64,000 bases of DNA, taken from contig JAPYUP010000005.1 in NCBI GenBank assembly GCA_029940695.1, forward strand, positions 1,120 to 65,119, in the 5' to 3' direction. The notes under the pieces are model-generated. The model saw only the letters and a list, made by a program, of their open reading frames with translations, was not told the origin of the DNA and ran no database searches. This DNA is from Candidatus Thalassarchaeaceae archaeon (GTDB taxonomy: Archaea; Thermoplasmatota; Poseidoniia; Poseidoniales; Thalassarchaeaceae). Position 1 is the stretch's first letter; the number at the start of each line of letters is the position of its first letter. The translations under genes were made by a program, and so were the position numbers. Of the stretch, positions 19,893-30,700 are shown piece by piece.

Positions 19893-22583
19893 TCAGTCAT
19901 CGTACTCGTTGTTGAGCGACTCGACCATCAGACGGTTCTCGGAACGAGAGCGGGCAAACAAGTAGAGCACGAGGAGCGAACCCACCACTATGACCGCAAT
20001 GGCCAGGACATCCTGCATCTCGTCGGAGAGTGCACCAACCCCCAGAGTGGAAGTCATCGTCAAATCCACGGGTTGTCCTGCGACTGGTAGGTCCTTCGGC
20101 TGCACTGTGATTGTGAAAGTATAGTCGTCCTCAGCGATCATCTCGTTTGGGGGCGTCACCCTGACCTTGACCTCTCTGGTTTCACCCGGGTCTAGTTCGA
20201 ACTCGTCGCTAATCACATCGACCGTCCATCCCCTGAGCGAATCGCTGGACAGGACTTCGACGTCCTCCACCGTATTGCCATGGTTTGAGACATAGAGGGT
20301 GAATTCAGAGTGCTCTGGATATGGAGCCTCCTTCTCGTCAGAGGACTCCAGTGTGAAGCGAAGGTCGTGAATGGTCCTGATGTCCACTGCGATATCGACG
20401 AAGGAGGGAATCTGGGCCGTGTTCTTCTTCGAAGTGACGCCTATCCTCAAGACTCCCGAAGTTCCGCTCTCGATTCCCTCTAGGACTTCGAACTCTATCT
20501 CGACGAGAACCTGGTTATTCGCGGGGACCCTGACGTCTCCTTCGACCTCGGAACCATCTACGCTGACGGTCCGGAGAACCGATGAGTCCATTCCTGTAAT
20601 CGAAATCACGACGTCATCGGCGCCGCCGTCCCCGGTGTTGGAAATCCAGAGAGTCAGCGTGGTGGAACCTCCTGGGGGTAGGGCCATGTTCATCAATTTC
20701 GGATCGTCCCCTGGATTCTCGAAAGCCACGGCCATGCTGTAGTTGTAGATGGAGACGATGACAGACACCCTGTCAATCATCAGAACCTCCGTTCCGACGA
20801 TGCCGATTCTGACTTCGAACTCCTCCGACTTGTTATCGGCGTTGTCCGAGACTAGGACTTCCAAATAGATGCGTGCGGTCTGCTCGGAATCGAGGGTTAC
20901 CAGAGTGACGTTGTTGCCCTCGAAGTCTTTGAATCGGGTCGGCCACTTGGTCTGTTCGCAGGTGTCGTTGATGTCTGGGTCGCAGGAGCTTAGTCCATAC
21001 GAATCCTGAATGTTGCCAGTGTTGGTTAGATCGATGGGAAAGGCAACCCATTGCGTGAACCTGCCAGTCTGGGAGTCTGAGGGGAAGTCCATGCTCCCGC
21101 TGTGAACCGGCGCGACCGTCACTATGACAGAGACCTCGTCATGAGTGGTTCCGGATGAGCTCACTATGAAAGTAATCGGGAACTCGGTGCCTGCTTTGCC
21201 GCTGGATGGGACAGTGATTTGCGCTTGCACGTACACCCTGTCGCAGTTTGTCGATGTCGTGCAGTGCCTGCCATCCACGGTAACGGAGTTCGTCGAAAGG
21301 TCCACCTGCCAACCAGGAATGAGGTCCTTGACTCCTAGGGCGTAGGTGTCTTGGCCGTTCCCGGTGTTCGTGACTTGGATTGAGGTCGACTCGGTGGCGC
21401 CTGGTTGGACGTTGCTCAGCGTCGGTTGGGTGAGCGAGAGTGAGGCATCTCGGACCTGCCCGAGAGTCACCCTGAGGATGGATTCACACCCTACGCTGCT
21501 GCCGGCTCGACCCTGGATGTAGACGTCAATCGTGCCGGGCTCGACGGAGTCGTCGGGAACTATGACAAAGTCGAAGATGGTCGAGTCCTGAGAGCCACCC
21601 GGCTCGGATAGCAGCCTGCTGGTAGGGGTGTCGAACTCCACCCAATCACTAATGTCGTATCCCTCAGCCATAGCAATCGCACTGACTGTCCAAGCCGTGT
21701 TGCCAGTGTTCACCAAAGAGAAGGAATTGGTTGCCGATTCTCCAGGGTCCAGCGTGTGAGAGGAGGCTTGCAACGAGGAGTCGCAGGTCTTCACCTCGGG
21801 AATCTTCAGGGTCAGTGGGATGCTGTCGTTGGCCTGATCGAGCGTGTTTGGGTCACTGGTCATGGTCGCCTCCATGGTGAAGCAGTGGTTGCCGGAATCG
21901 GTGGAGCTGCCATCGGGCAGATTCACCATCACGGTGGCTTCCTCCGACTCGCCCTCGCTCAGGGACATTTGCTGCGGATCTACACTGGCATCGAGGCCGT
22001 CCGAGTCGCAGTCGCTGGATGAGGTCATGCTGAGCTGAATGGTCTGATCGCCATCGGCCTCACCAGTGTTCTCGACGTCGACTATCCACTCGACCTCGTC
22101 TTCCTCTCCGTCATAGTTGATGGCGCCATTGCTGGGATTGGAATAAGTGAGCGTGACGGAGTACTGGCCACCGCCTTCGGCGGACGTAGTCACCTTGATA
22201 TCCCCGTTGGCAGTTTCTATTCCTGCAACTCCAGTAGCAGTCACCGTAGTCTCGCATTCTCCTGATGCTTGGTCGTTGACGCTCACCGTTAGCGTCCTGG
22301 CCTCTGAATCGCCTTCGTTCAAGGAGAATGGGGTCCCTCCGTTCTCGATTGACGAGGTGAAGCCGTTGCAGTCCGAGTCCTGCGAAGTGCTCATGGTTAC
22401 AGTCAGGTCCTCATCACCATCGTTGGTGATTGTGATGGTGTACTCGGCCGGGTCGTCTGTGGTGGCCTCCTTGGCCATGGAGTCCGCCGTCAAGAACAGG
22501 GAGGCCGCAGCTAGCACCGTTGGCGCGAGCAGTGAAACGAGAAGGAGGGCAGTGAAAATGGTCGCTGAGTCAGGCCTTCTCAT
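19893..22583 (-). CDS. Large secreted CARDB-repeat cell-surface protein with C-terminal TM anchor
   Basis: 896 aa with an N-terminal signal peptide (LLLVSLLAPTVLAAAS). Repeated ~100-aa modules carry V/I-x-N-T/H-G-N CARDB-like signatures (ITITNDGDEDL, VDVENTGEADG, IQVTNTGNGQD, IDLTNTGNIQD, LWISNTGDGGA, LYVSNHGNTVE). C-terminal hydrophobic helix AIAVIVVGSLLVLYLF plus a short tail. Lower GC than flanks. Confidence 0.7.
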   Translation of the reverse strand: MRRPDSATIFTALLLVSLLAPTVLAAASLFLTADSMAKEATTDDPAEYTITITNDGDEDLTVTMSTSQDSDCNGFTSSIENGGTPFSLNEGDSEARTLTVSVNDQASGECETTVTATGVAGIETANGDIKVTTSAEGGGQYSVTLTYSNPSNGAINYDGEEDEVEWIVDVENTGEADGDQTIQLSMTSSSDCDSDGLDASVDPQQMSLSEGESEEATVMVNLPDGSSTDSGNHCFTMEATMTSDPNTLDQANDSIPLTLKIPEVKTCDSSLQASSHTLDPGESATNSFSLVNTGNTAWTVSAIAMAEGYDISDWVEFDTPTSRLLSEPGGSQDSTIFDFVIVPDDSVEPGTIDVYIQGRAGSSVGCESILRVTLGQVRDASLSLTQPTLSNVQPGATESTSIQVTNTGNGQDTYALGVKDLIPGWQVDLSTNSVTVDGRHCTTSTNCDRVYVQAQITVPSSGKAGTEFPITFIVSSSGTTHDEVSVIVTVAPVHSGSMDFPSDSQTGRFTQWVAFPIDLTNTGNIQDSYGLSSCDPDINDTCEQTKWPTRFKDFEGNNVTLVTLDSEQTARIYLEVLVSDNADNKSEEFEVRIGIVGTEVLMIDRVSVIVSIYNYSMAVAFENPGDDPKLMNMALPPGGSTTLTLWISNTGDGGADDVVISITGMDSSVLRTVSVDGSEVEGDVRVPANNQVLVEIEFEVLEGIESGTSGVLRIGVTSKKNTAQIPSFVDIAVDIRTIHDLRFTLESSDEKEAPYPEHSEFTLYVSNHGNTVEDVEVLSSDSLRGWTVDVISDEFELDPGETREVKVRVTPPNEMIAEDDYTFTITVQPKDLPVAGQPVDLTMTSTLGVGALSDEMQDVLAIAVIVVGSLLVLYLFARSRSENRLMVESLNNEYDD

Positions 22584-22682
22584 CGAATGACCGACTCAAT
22601 CGCCCCTCTAAGGGCTTCGGGCACTGCGTGCGCCAATTATCGCGGTTCTGATAGGTGTTGCAAGGTCGTTGGTTAGTCGAGT

Positions 22683-25600
22683 TCACTCTCCCTTGTGATC
22701 GGGGTCGGGCACCCATTCCTGTTTGCTCGGGTCCCATAGCCAGCCAGGGTACTCCGAGAAGCGCTCCAGGTTCGGTTCACTCTGCTCGGCCTCTAGCTCG
22801 GCTTCCTGTTCGGAATCCCACCACTTCTCGTCTTCGTCTGTAGGATATGCATCATACTCAGTCGACTCCCGCCGCTTCCCGACTGAAGGCATCCGGTCCA
22901 GTAGGACTTTGAGGTTGCCACCAGACTTCTGGTAGAGTATGGCTGCGGCGCCAGCGAGTGTCACAATGAGAAGGATTGCGAGTCCAAAGACCCAAATCGG
23001 TGTCCCATCGTCCGAATCATCAGGGATCACGTCGATTTGCAAGCTGATGCTATGGCCGGAAACGTGCTCGGCATCTGCGAGCATCAACACCACCTCCCCA
23101 TCGGATCCCGAATTTGGGATGAAGGAGATCTGCACCGATCTCGTCTCACCCGGCTGCATCGTGACTAGGATACCATCCAGAATCCTAATGTTCCAACCAG
23201 TGGGCCCTTCGGAAACTAGACGATTTGAGACTACGGAGTTGCCGGTGTTCTGCAGCTCGAAGTACAGAGTCGTAGAGTACCCCTCGTGAGCCTCGTTCAT
23301 GTTCTGGAGCGTCCACGTGACCTCGTTCACGATTTCAACCAGGAGGGAGACGGTGTATCTTGACTCGATTCCACCGTCCGAGAGGACGAGGGTGATTTCG
23401 GGTTCGGAGCCTGCTTTCTCGTAGACTGGGATAACTATGGTGCACCACACAGTGGCTGTTTGGCCGGGAGTAATCTTTGAGGGGTTGACTGAGCATGTGG
23501 AGGACCAATCTTCACCGGGTAGCTCCATGCTCGCATCTGGCTGCCAGCTCGACGAACCGTCATTGGTGACCTTCCACGCCATGTCGAAGCCTGGAGCCCC
23601 GACAGGATGAGCTCCAGACCCCAATGGGGTATCGGACGATGAGCCGTTGGTGAAAGAGACCTCGTAGAAGGATATCGTCGGAACGGCGCTGGAGATGACT
23701 TGGAGAGTCCTGTTCCAATCAACAGAGAAGCCGTCGTCCGTTAGGAACCGAATCTCCACTAGACCGCCGGAGGCCAATCCGTTGCCCTGAATCGAGAAGG
23801 ACCATTCAGTTGATGAGCCTCGCTGTATGGAAACGTTGTCCAAGCCACTAGGAATCGTCCATCCCCCAGGCAGCGCTCTGTCTATCGGTGTCAGCAGCAA
23901 CTCACGGTTCCCCTGATTGGCGATCTGGAGGGTTATCTCGTGCAGGGCATCAGCGGTCACCTCTGACTCGGTGCCACCAGAAGTCGGTGTGAACTGGATG
24001 GAATCATAGACATCGATGACCAGGGGCAAGTCATATGTCCACGTATCAGAACTGACTCTGGATTTGACTACCAACTGGGCGTTGAAAGTCGCACCTGCGT
24101 CGATTAAGACCCCCGGCGGCTCGATGCTGATTCCCACAGAAATCGAGCCTTCCTTGCTTAGCGTTCCAGTGGATCCCTCAGCGGAGCCTGGGAATGGGCC
24201 GATGTCGTCGAAGCCGAGATTCCATCCGGCGGGGGAGACCAGTTCGACATCGTAGGTCTGGGCACCGTTGCCTTGGTTCCGTATCTCTACCTCCAAGTTG
24301 GTGTTCTCAAAGGAGTTCGCTGTAATCGACTCTCCGGGCAGCGTGACATCGGGTTGGGCTAGCACGGGAACGTCGAAGAAAATCTCCAACTGCGACTCGA
24401 TGTCGTACTCCACGTCGGTTGCGGTAACGACTATCACGTAGGTGCCGGGTTCTGGAGAGGCTGGGTGAACCAGTGTGAGATTGACAGTAGTTGACTCCGC
24501 TGGTCCCAGGTTGATGTTGAATGCGTCAAACGCCTTGAACCAGTCGAATGAGGCCCCGTCCCTGGACCTCACCGGGTCAGATGCGTCGATGGTGGCGTTG
24601 GTCTCGAACAGAGCCAAGTTGGTCATCACAATGGCCCAAGTGGTCGTAGTGTCCGTTGCATCGCCTAGCGTACTCCAAGGTAAGTCGGACGAGGCCTGAA
24701 TCCCGGGTGCGCTGACGGGCACGATTCTCACGAGGATGTTGTTTTCCTCGGAGAGTTCCTCGAGCTGGTCATTGGGGTCTATCTCAATCCTGATCTCTGT
24801 TTCGACTGCGAAGAAAGGGGTCCAGTCCCATTCCAGAAGAGCGTCCTCACCAGGGGACATCCCCAGGGTCTTGGTTCCGATGTGATTGCTGTTCACATAA
24901 GCAGAAACATGAACTTCTGGGAAGGAGCCAGAGCCTTGGTTGACGATGGAGACCGAGAACTGAGCCTCCTCTCCGACTTGGGGTATCGGTGTGGATATTT
25001 CGAACGAGCTAGGGATTACTGCGGGATCAGGGATCAGGTCGTTGACGTTGACCCCCCTGACCGCTATCGCAAATGGTTGGTAGGTCCTGCTTCCACCATG
25101 TGAGAAGTCCTTGACCTTGACGTTCCAGACACCTGTAGCAGCGGAGTCGATGAGGACGACTTCGACGTTGTTTTTGTTGTCCTTGGTCCCCCCTGTGGTC
25201 GACTTACCGTTGCTGAAGTCATTGCCAAAGTATGTGACCTGCCCGTCTGGAGAGGTGACCTCCAGATTCAGGTCGTTCCTCAACTGGGTATTGGACCAAG
25301 TCGACCCCGGATAGTCCGACCATGTGAGTACCACCTTTAGAGGCTCACCAGCACGGGTGACATCGAAGTTGTACTGCGCCAGCTGTCCGCTGGATAGACG
25401 TGATCTGTCATCCACATACGTCCCAATGTCACCATCGGGAACCAAAGTGTTGACGAGGTTCAGCCTCCCCCATCCTTCGTCTTCGTTGGGGATGTCACGG
25501 GTGCCCATGTCTACAGCACCGAGAATGAGCATAGCCTTCACCAGAGCTCCTTGAGGAGCCGGTCTCTCGGCAATCTCCATCAGGTACTCCCTGACTATTA

Positions 25601-27149
25601 CCGAGGCTCCGGCAGCAGCCGGCGTTGCCATCGAAGTTCCGCTATATTCCACATACCACTGATTGTTGAGATTGTTGGGTGCGTCCTCGGCCTCCTGTGC
25701 CCTGCAGGATCTCACATAGTCCCCAGGGGCAACTAGATCAGGCTTGATCCTGCCATCATCCGTGGGGCCTCTGCTGCTCCAGTAGTACATCTCGTCGGGT
25801 GAGTCATACCTGTTTACGTGAGCACCCACGGTAATCACGTTCTTCGCCGTCCCAGGAGGTGAGATCCCGTCATCCCTCTCGTTGCCCGCCGCGAACAGAA
25901 CCGTCATCCCCTGATAGGCCCAGTACTGATCCCAAGTGGAAGTACGATCGTCAGCGTCCTCCGCTTGGGTGGTGTAGTCGCCACCGGAGCCTAAACTCCC
26001 CCAACTGTTTGCGTGAAACCTAGCTCCACCCGAGTTGTAGGCGGTGCTTAGCAGCGTGTAGACCCCAGGTCCACCCAAAGTGCCCGTATCATCATCCTCC
26101 ATGGCCTGCAAGTAGAGTTCCGCCTCTGGGGCCACGCCCTCGTAGGTACCGGTTCGGAAGCCTGAGCCAAGGACCGTACAGGATACGTGGGTACCATGTC
26201 CATCGTTCGTGTCGGCTGTCGAACCATCGCCCGAGACGTCGATTCGCTGCACAATCCTATTGCCGAAGTCTCCATGGTCATGATCGATGCCGGTGTCCGC
26301 CACAGCAATCCTCTGACCGCTGCCGTTTAGGCCTGTGATGAATGTCGTCTCCGCTACGTCGACGCCCATGTGGGAACGGACTTGGTCGTTGAATATTGAG
26401 AGAGTGGGGGTGGGGGCGAGAAACGCGGTTTGCGGATGCATGGCGATGTCTATGGCTTCGGATGTCGACAGCAACCCGAAGTGGATGCCGCCCCCGGGGG
26501 ACCAAGGCTCTTCCAATGATAGGTGTGCCAAGTCGTTCAATGACCCCCCCAGTCCGAGTCCAGGAGTATCTAGTCGGTTGAGTTCCGCATCCTTCCAGCC
26601 TAGCAATTCGACCTCTGTGGAAGCATCAGGAGCGCGGTCCCATAGCAGGCTGTGGAGAAGCAGTGCGACAGGCACCTCGTGGCTCGAAGTAACGATGGAC
26701 AGGCCGCTAACGATCTCTAACTCCGCCCCAGTTCCCTGCACGAGGAAGCCAGAGGGCGGAATCGTCGATCGGATCGCCACATCGGCCGAGTCGGAAATCT
26801 CAATACGAGCGTCCCACAGACCGACCTCAGAGTCAATGAGGACGATTATGAGGTCGGGTCGAGGTGCCTTGAGACGGTCTGGAAGTTCAGTGCTCAGAAA
26901 GAGGCCCGAATCGGTGTAGATTCCGATTGAAGAATCGGCTTGAATTGGCCGTGAGGTCTCGGAACCAGACTGTATCGTCGGAGCACCGAGGTTCCTGATG
27001 CTGTTGGGATCCGGGGAGATTTCGATTCTAGTGACCTGCGGCTCAAGGGGGCTTGCTTCGTCAGAGTCGATATTCGCGTCATGGCTTGTTATCGGAGTGT
27101 AAGAGGCGAGCAGCAGGACTAGAATGAGTACCGAGACTTGCTTTTTCAT
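22683..27149 (-). CDS. Giant membrane-anchored subtilisin-like serine protease (peptidase S8) with CARDB-like repeat domains and an acidic Trp-containing cytoplasmic tail
   Basis: 1488 aa with signal peptide, then the S8 triad motifs DTGIDHDHGDF, HGTHVSC and GTSMATPAAAGASVIV. A long post-catalytic region carries repeated x-N-Q/T-G-N/S modules. TM helix (IWVFGLAILLIVTLAGAAAILY) precedes an ~85-aa cytoplasmic tail ...EDEKWWDSEQEAELEAEQSEPNLERFSEYPGWLWDPSKQEWVPDPDHKGE. Confidence 0.85.
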   Translation of the reverse strand: MKKQVSVLILVLLLASYTPITSHDANIDSDEASPLEPQVTRIEISPDPNSIRNLGAPTIQSGSETSRPIQADSSIGIYTDSGLFLSTELPDRLKAPRPDLIIVLIDSEVGLWDARIEISDSADVAIRSTIPPSGFLVQGTGAELEIVSGLSIVTSSHEVPVALLLHSLLWDRAPDASTEVELLGWKDAELNRLDTPGLGLGGSLNDLAHLSLEEPWSPGGGIHFGLLSTSEAIDIAMHPQTAFLAPTPTLSIFNDQVRSHMGVDVAETTFITGLNGSGQRIAVADTGIDHDHGDFGNRIVQRIDVSGDGSTADTNDGHGTHVSCTVLGSGFRTGTYEGVAPEAELYLQAMEDDDTGTLGGPGVYTLLSTAYNSGGARFHANSWGSLGSGGDYTTQAEDADDRTSTWDQYWAYQGMTVLFAAGNERDDGISPPGTAKNVITVGAHVNRYDSPDEMYYWSSRGPTDDGRIKPDLVAPGDYVRSCRAQEAEDAPNNLNNQWYVEYSGTSMATPAAAGASVIVREYLMEIAERPAPQGALVKAMLILGAVDMGTRDIPNEDEGWGRLNLVNTLVPDGDIGTYVDDRSRLSSGQLAQYNFDVTRAGEPLKVVLTWSDYPGSTWSNTQLRNDLNLEVTSPDGQVTYFGNDFSNGKSTTGGTKDNKNNVEVVLIDSAATGVWNVKVKDFSHGGSRTYQPFAIAVRGVNVNDLIPDPAVIPSSFEISTPIPQVGEEAQFSVSIVNQGSGSFPEVHVSAYVNSNHIGTKTLGMSPGEDALLEWDWTPFFAVETEIRIEIDPNDQLEELSEENNILVRIVPVSAPGIQASSDLPWSTLGDATDTTTTWAIVMTNLALFETNATIDASDPVRSRDGASFDWFKAFDAFNINLGPAESTTVNLTLVHPASPEPGTYVIVVTATDVEYDIESQLEIFFDVPVLAQPDVTLPGESITANSFENTNLEVEIRNQGNGAQTYDVELVSPAGWNLGFDDIGPFPGSAEGSTGTLSKEGSISVGISIEPPGVLIDAGATFNAQLVVKSRVSSDTWTYDLPLVIDVYDSIQFTPTSGGTESEVTADALHEITLQIANQGNRELLLTPIDRALPGGWTIPSGLDNVSIQRGSSTEWSFSIQGNGLASGGLVEIRFLTDDGFSVDWNRTLQVISSAVPTISFYEVSFTNGSSSDTPLGSGAHPVGAPGFDMAWKVTNDGSSSWQPDASMELPGEDWSSTCSVNPSKITPGQTATVWCTIVIPVYEKAGSEPEITLVLSDGGIESRYTVSLLVEIVNEVTWTLQNMNEAHEGYSTTLYFELQNTGNSVVSNRLVSEGPTGWNIRILDGILVTMQPGETRSVQISFIPNSGSDGEVVLMLADAEHVSGHSISLQIDVIPDDSDDGTPIWVFGLAILLIVTLAGAAAILYQKSGGNLKVLLDRMPSVGKRRESTEYDAYPTDEDEKWWDSEQEAELEAEQSEPNLERFSEYPGWLWDPSKQEWVPDPDHKGE

Positions 27150-27230
27150 CTGAGTACTCCCCTATTCAGATTCAATTTGAGGCTATGGGTTCCACGGTAA
27201 TCCTGCCGTGTGATTGGTTGGTTGGTTGGA

Positions 27231-27791
27231 CTAGAAGACTCTGAACGGAGCCTCGTCCACGAACACCTCCCTAGTCCAATCGCCGACCTTGTGAGTCCAT
27301 CTCTCCGAGCCATCGCCACCATAGTATTGGTAGTTCAGGATGATTTCGATCGTGTATTGCTCCCATACCGATTGGCCGACGACAATCATCTCTAGATTGT
27401 CTCCAGCGATGGAGGTGTGGGCGGCGATTTCGTCTATAGCGAAGTCAGAACGGCCTTTTTCAATCCCGTCTGCATCGAGGAACCTCATTGTCAGGATGAC
27501 ATCTTCTAGGGTCCTGCTGCCCTTGTTGTCCAATTCAGCGAGTACGACATGGCCGGAACCTGCCTGCATGTAGGCGACATCCACATCGACATTGTCATAG
27601 GGGACAACCCATATTAGGACGAACAAAGAAGCTGAGAGGATTAGGAACGCGGTAATCGAGGCGAAGACCACGCGAGTTGGAGTGATGACTGCGGCAGCGC
27701 GCTCCCCGATCTTCTCGAGAATGACGTGGGCGGCCTCGGAGTCCTGGTCCTCACCAGTTTGGGTACCCACCTTCTCCAACAGGCCCATCAT
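27231..27791 (-). CDS. Small single-pass membrane protein (type II topology) of unknown function
   Basis: 186 aa with one TM helix (VVFASITAFLILSASLFVLIWVV) after an acidic N-terminus. Start ATGATG overlaps the stop of the upstream giant gene (operon). Confidence 0.55.
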   Translation of the reverse strand: MMGLLEKVGTQTGEDQDSEAAHVILEKIGERAAAVITPTRVVFASITAFLILSASLFVLIWVVPYDNVDVDVAYMQAGSGHVVLAELDNKGSRTLEDVILTMRFLDADGIEKGRSDFAIDEIAAHTSIAGDNLEMIVVGQSVWEQYTIEIILNYQYYGGDGSERWTHKVGDWTREVFVDEAPFRVF

Positions 27792-30700
27792 CCATCACCC
27801 CATAACGTCGCAACCAAAGTGAAGATGCCAGAAGAAAGCGGCTCTGGGGCCATGATGTGACTTGTGGTTCCAGAGAAACCGGGAACCATGTTGAGCAGAG
27901 ATAGGTCGGATGCCAGGCCGTTGACACCCAAAGTCGTACCAGAGGGTACTCCACCCGTCGTCTGTGCATCGAGCAAGACACCTCTGAGGTCGAAGTCCCT
28001 GTTGTTGAAAGTCGCGGAAGCCCTCGCAGACACGATGATGCGCCCGCCCTGAACCTCCTCGATCTCTATGACGCTGTAGGCCCCAATAATCTCCCTAACA
28101 TGAATCGTCGCGCTCTTCAGATTCTCTCCTAAAGCCTCCATCTCTTCGAGGACGATCGGCGGCATGGTTGGGACGTTCGTTGCGCGCATGTACAACCTGT
28201 CGACACCATCTCCTCCCGACCTGACGTTCAGGCCATACGACGTAGTGGGCTTGATGACCAGCCTGTCCGACATGCCCTCGGCCAGCAGAACGATGTCCCC
28301 CCTGCTGTTGATAGCCCTGCCGAGCGCCTCAATGTACAACGACATCCCCTCACGAGAGGCAGAGAAGTCGAGGATTGGCATTCCTTGGAAGGCTATGTTT
28401 TGGGTGATGTCGAAGTTCAGGTCCGGTTCGGTCGTCAGATTCATCGAACCCGGAACTTCGGTCAGGAACATGGTTGCCGGCCACCACGATCCATCCATCC
28501 ACTGCATTTGCTGGAGCATGATTGAGCCTACACCAAAGCCGTCGGTCCTGTACTGCTCCGGAACCGTCATGTCAATCGAGAGCGCTGTGCCTAAACTAGC
28601 TTGGATCTCGACTGACTCCGGGATGTCCTGAACCATCATCTCAGTCCGACTGCCTGCCTCCCTGTCAATGAGCAGGGCGTGGAACCAATCAAGTCTGGTG
28701 GACATCCTGTACAACGTAGAGGTGGAGACCTCGGTGATGCCTCCCACTGTATCGATATTGAAGACCGAGTCGAGTAAGAGCGAGGTCGAAACACCTGGCT
28801 CAAGGCCTTCGAGAGTAACGAAGAGGTCTTGCCCGTTGATGTCCTTGTAAACAAAGATGAACTCGGAATGCTGCGGTTTCCATCCATCGAGGCCGAGGCT
28901 GACAGCCCAGCTCTGGCCATTAGTCGTAGCCGTTCTTGAGATGGACAGGTCGATGGTGGGGGGTAGATTGGGTATCCAAGTCCTGAAGTGGAATCCATCG
29001 GCTATTCCCGAAGGAGCGGAGTTTAGGGACATCCCATGTACCCAATCGGGGTCTTCAACCACTTGCTCTCCCATTGAAGAATCCACCACTAGGTCGAACT
29101 CGGTGTCAGCCTCCATTCCGAGTCCGAAAGAGAATCCGTCCTCCCCCGATACCGATCCGGTCGATATGTCAGTGGTTATGCCTGCGAGAACGCTATTGAC
29201 CGAACGTCCTAGGTCGGCAAAGCCGCCGATGAAGAAGGCTATTCCCGACAGGCCGCTCGAGGAATTTAACTGCGGGATTACCAACGATGGCCCAGATTGT
29301 GAGCCGGTGGGGATCTGCAGTGACACCGTCGATGGTAGGGGATCAATCTCAGCGAGGACCGTTAGGGGTGACCTTTCGCTGGTAGGAGCGTTTCCAACGT
29401 TTATCATAAACGGGTTCGAGGTCCCGAAGGTCGCATAGGCACTACCCATACCGGCTGAGCCAGAGGCCCCCTCTACCTGAGGTGGAATCCAACCTACTTC
29501 ACTTAGACCGGAGATCCTCGAAGAGAGGGTGGAGGCATCGGTAGAAGGGTCGTGATGGAATAGGAAATGGTCTCCGGACATCGACAGTGGTGATGACGAA
29601 TTGCTCAACTGGACCTCTATCTCAGTGATTTCAGACGGGGAAGACCAGGAGAAGGCATTCCCTGAGGTGGTTGTGAACGCAGCTGGGAACCCCGAGATCC
29701 TCGCAGCTTGACTTTGCTTCCCATCCATCCCGGTGTACACTATTGAGGCGATTGGGGTAGAAGCACTATACTCCATCCCATTTGGGGTGATTCTGACTGA
29801 GATATTGTCAGGGAGGTCTGATAGCATGATTGATTGGTAGGACGATCCGTTAATTTGACCGGTATCGTGATTGATGAAGGTTACAGACAGAGACTTGTTC
29901 GACTGAGTATCAAGACTGATTGATTGTTCGTCAGAGTTGTCTGAATCTACAAAGGAGAAGGCCTGAAGCATGCTCAATCGGATGCTAGCGGCGACTGGTA
30001 CCAGTGGGTCTACGGGACCGTGGTCGGTTTGTATGGTATTCAGACCGCGATCTTGGGCAAGAATAACATGATCACCCGGTACAATTGGGTGTTTGGAGGA
30101 CCCTATCTGCATACTTAAAGATTGGATGGGATAAAAGGACCTGCTTTCTCTCCAGTTGTCTGTGAGCAAGAGGTGGAAGGACCGGCCGTCAAGTCCGTCT
30201 CCACCACCCACCCCTCCACCAATAACCTCGACCATCGAAGAGGGGATTTCATTGAGGACGTTGCCAACGTCGAGGAACAAATCGACTATGTTGAGGATTA
30301 CTGAGTCCATAATCTTGGAAAAGAAATCGAGGTTTTCCGTAGAATCGAGTGAGGTGTCGGGGTCTTCTGATCCCCCTAGGCCGAATGAGCCGAACACAGC
30401 AATTGCAGTTGGTATGGAACTAGCAGTGATTTTTATTCTCCTGTGGTCCTCCTCCAGTCCACCCCTAGTAAACCAAGACGTGTAATCCACTGACTCTAGA
30501 GACTGCTCTGAGCGCAAGACGACTAGGCTATTGGGAGGGTATGCTGGATTGATGGGCAGGGTAGGGTCGTCGACGTTCTGACTCGTGTCCCTAGTGAAGT
30601 TCTTGATGCCGATGATCAGACCGAGTTTCTCAGGTAGACCCCCGGGCAACTCGGGGCTGTCTGCTGAGCCGAGCATTCTGAAAATCCTGCTGATCTCGTT

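Noticed and set aside
27205-27220. (GGTT)n microsatellite ggttggttggttgg upstream of the subtilase gene
   Set aside because: Only about 3.5 units; too short to call a repeat feature or regulatory element.
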